From positions 4,278,001 to 4,342,000 of the forward strand of contig CM075989.1 in the NCBI GenBank assembly GCA_038087875.1: a DNA stretch of 64,000 bases, written 5' to 3'. The notes under the pieces are model-generated. The model had not been told where the DNA came from. It made no database searches and saw nothing but the letters and a program-made list of their open reading frames with translations. This document shows positions 62,563 to 64,000 of this stretch, piece by piece. Positions within the stretch are counted from its first letter, which is position 1. Every line of letters starts with the position of its first letter. A program made the translations under genes and the position numbers. Source of the DNA: Malacoraja senta (lineage: Eukaryota).

Positions 62563-64000
62563 AATAGTAAGATTAAACGAGAACTTACCAGTTTGAAGTT
62601 TGAACATTATTTTGTGTGGAGTTACGATGAGGGATTACGTGAAGAAGGCCGTCCCCACGCGTGCGCGCCAATCTTCAAAGCAGCGGTGTGAAATCACAGA
62701 TAACAGTGTTGAACTAACATAGTAAGATTAGAGTTGACTAGAACTTACAGAAAGATGGTTATGTTACGAGGGACTGGAGCAGAGGGCACGTAATCCCTCA
62801 TCGTAACTCCTCATGAAATAATGATCAAACTTCAAACTGGTAAGTTCTCGTTTAATCTTACTATTTTACTTCGGAGTCACGTGAGTGACTACGTGAAGAT
62901 TTTGAAGCTCTGTGATTTCATGCCGTGGAAAACGAGTCCACACAAGCACAACTGCATGAGTTGACCACAGATATAGGAAAACATTCATAATGCATACAGA
63001 CATGACATAGATTTAAAACATGCTGATGCTGATAAATGAACAAATAACAATAATAAAAGTAACCCCTCTCATCCGAGGGGGGAAACTATGAAATAGAACC
63101 TAAAATAGAGTTGGCAAATACCCCTGGTCTGGCAATGGGTTAAAATAAAATGTTTGGAAACCTCGTACGTTAGACCATCCTGCATTCGGCAGGATGTGGT
63201 CCAGAGGACCGTACATAACCCTTGCTGCTGATGTAGTAGCAGCCCTGGTGGAGTGAGATTAGAAATGAGCATCTACTCCTGTATGAGCCATCACCCCGTT
63301 TTATCCACCTGGAGGTAGTCTAAACTGATACCTTCTTATGAGGTTATTAGTAACTAACTACATAGGTAGTATGAGAGCCTCTAAGGCTCTAGGTGACCTT
63401 GACGTAATGTTGTAAACGTGTGACCACACATAACTAAAGGTGCATGGGGTATGCCCCGAGAACTAGTTTGAGACCTGACACCCCTCGGCTACCCTGCATA
63501 AATAAATAGTAAACATGACATATTATATAAGTAGGTATAATGATCCTGTCCAGTCACAATTTATGTAATGACAGGACCCGTTGTGCTGAGAACAGCAGCA
63601 ATGGTATACCTTATGAGCCCCGAGCCCAAGGTAGGGATATAGCTGGAGCCCCCTGGTGAAGCAGTGTCAACACAATCTCAATATCCCACACTCCGTGTAC
63701 TTGGGTCTGGGAGAACAGGTGTAAAGATATCCTTAATAAACTAGAATCAGAGGGCGAGACCCAACAGAGCTGGGTCCCACTCGCTGCAGCATATATGATG
63801 AGAAAGCACGTTAAGAATCAGAGGGCAAGACCCGACAGAGCTGGGTCCCACTCGCTGCAGCATATATGATGAGAAAACACGTTAAGCACAGTTAATGGGA
63901 CTGTAACTTAATTTATTGTCAAGGGCCCATAGAAAATGAACACTAAGACGTCGGTGTCCGTGCCGTATGATATGTAACATAACACTTAAGCAGAACGTTT
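62563..64000 (-). mobile_element. Second DIRS-type element (3' part), diverged subfamily, degraded YR
   Basis: Terminus and ICR (62787-62899) homologous to 27286-27618; SHSTRAATT motif at about 63230-63258. Confidence 0.9.
63743..63885. repeat. 71-bp tandem duplication inside the YR pseudogene
   Basis: agaatcagagggc...cacgtta occurs twice. Confidence 0.9.

Overview
Eukaryotic, repeat-dominated vertebrate DNA with no recognisable host protein-coding gene. The repeat content (tRNA-headed V-SINE/HE1-like SINEs sharing a 3' tail with CR1/HER1-like LINEs) suggests a cartilaginous fish, probably a skate or ray; this is an inference. The window holds many CR1, Rex1-like, L2, RTE and L1 LINE fragments, a full-length but decayed IR/DR Tc1 (DD34E) transposon, PIF/Harbinger-like MITEs and a probable Helitron end next to a 200-N gap. 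It also holds a young Penelope-like element (RT plus GIY-YIG) and dozens of its solo or inverted terminal repeats, each carrying a minimal hammerhead ribozyme motif. Two DIRS-type tyrosine-recombinase elements are present; one is a compact 1.9-kb RT-less element with an in-frame gag-like/YR fusion, intact ITR/ICR architecture and an extra conserved stem. The unique sequence includes an AT-rich but CpG-retaining domain (about 8.5-17.3 kb) and several enhancer-like blocks, consistent with a regulatory desert or large intron. Boundaries of old repeats are approximate.
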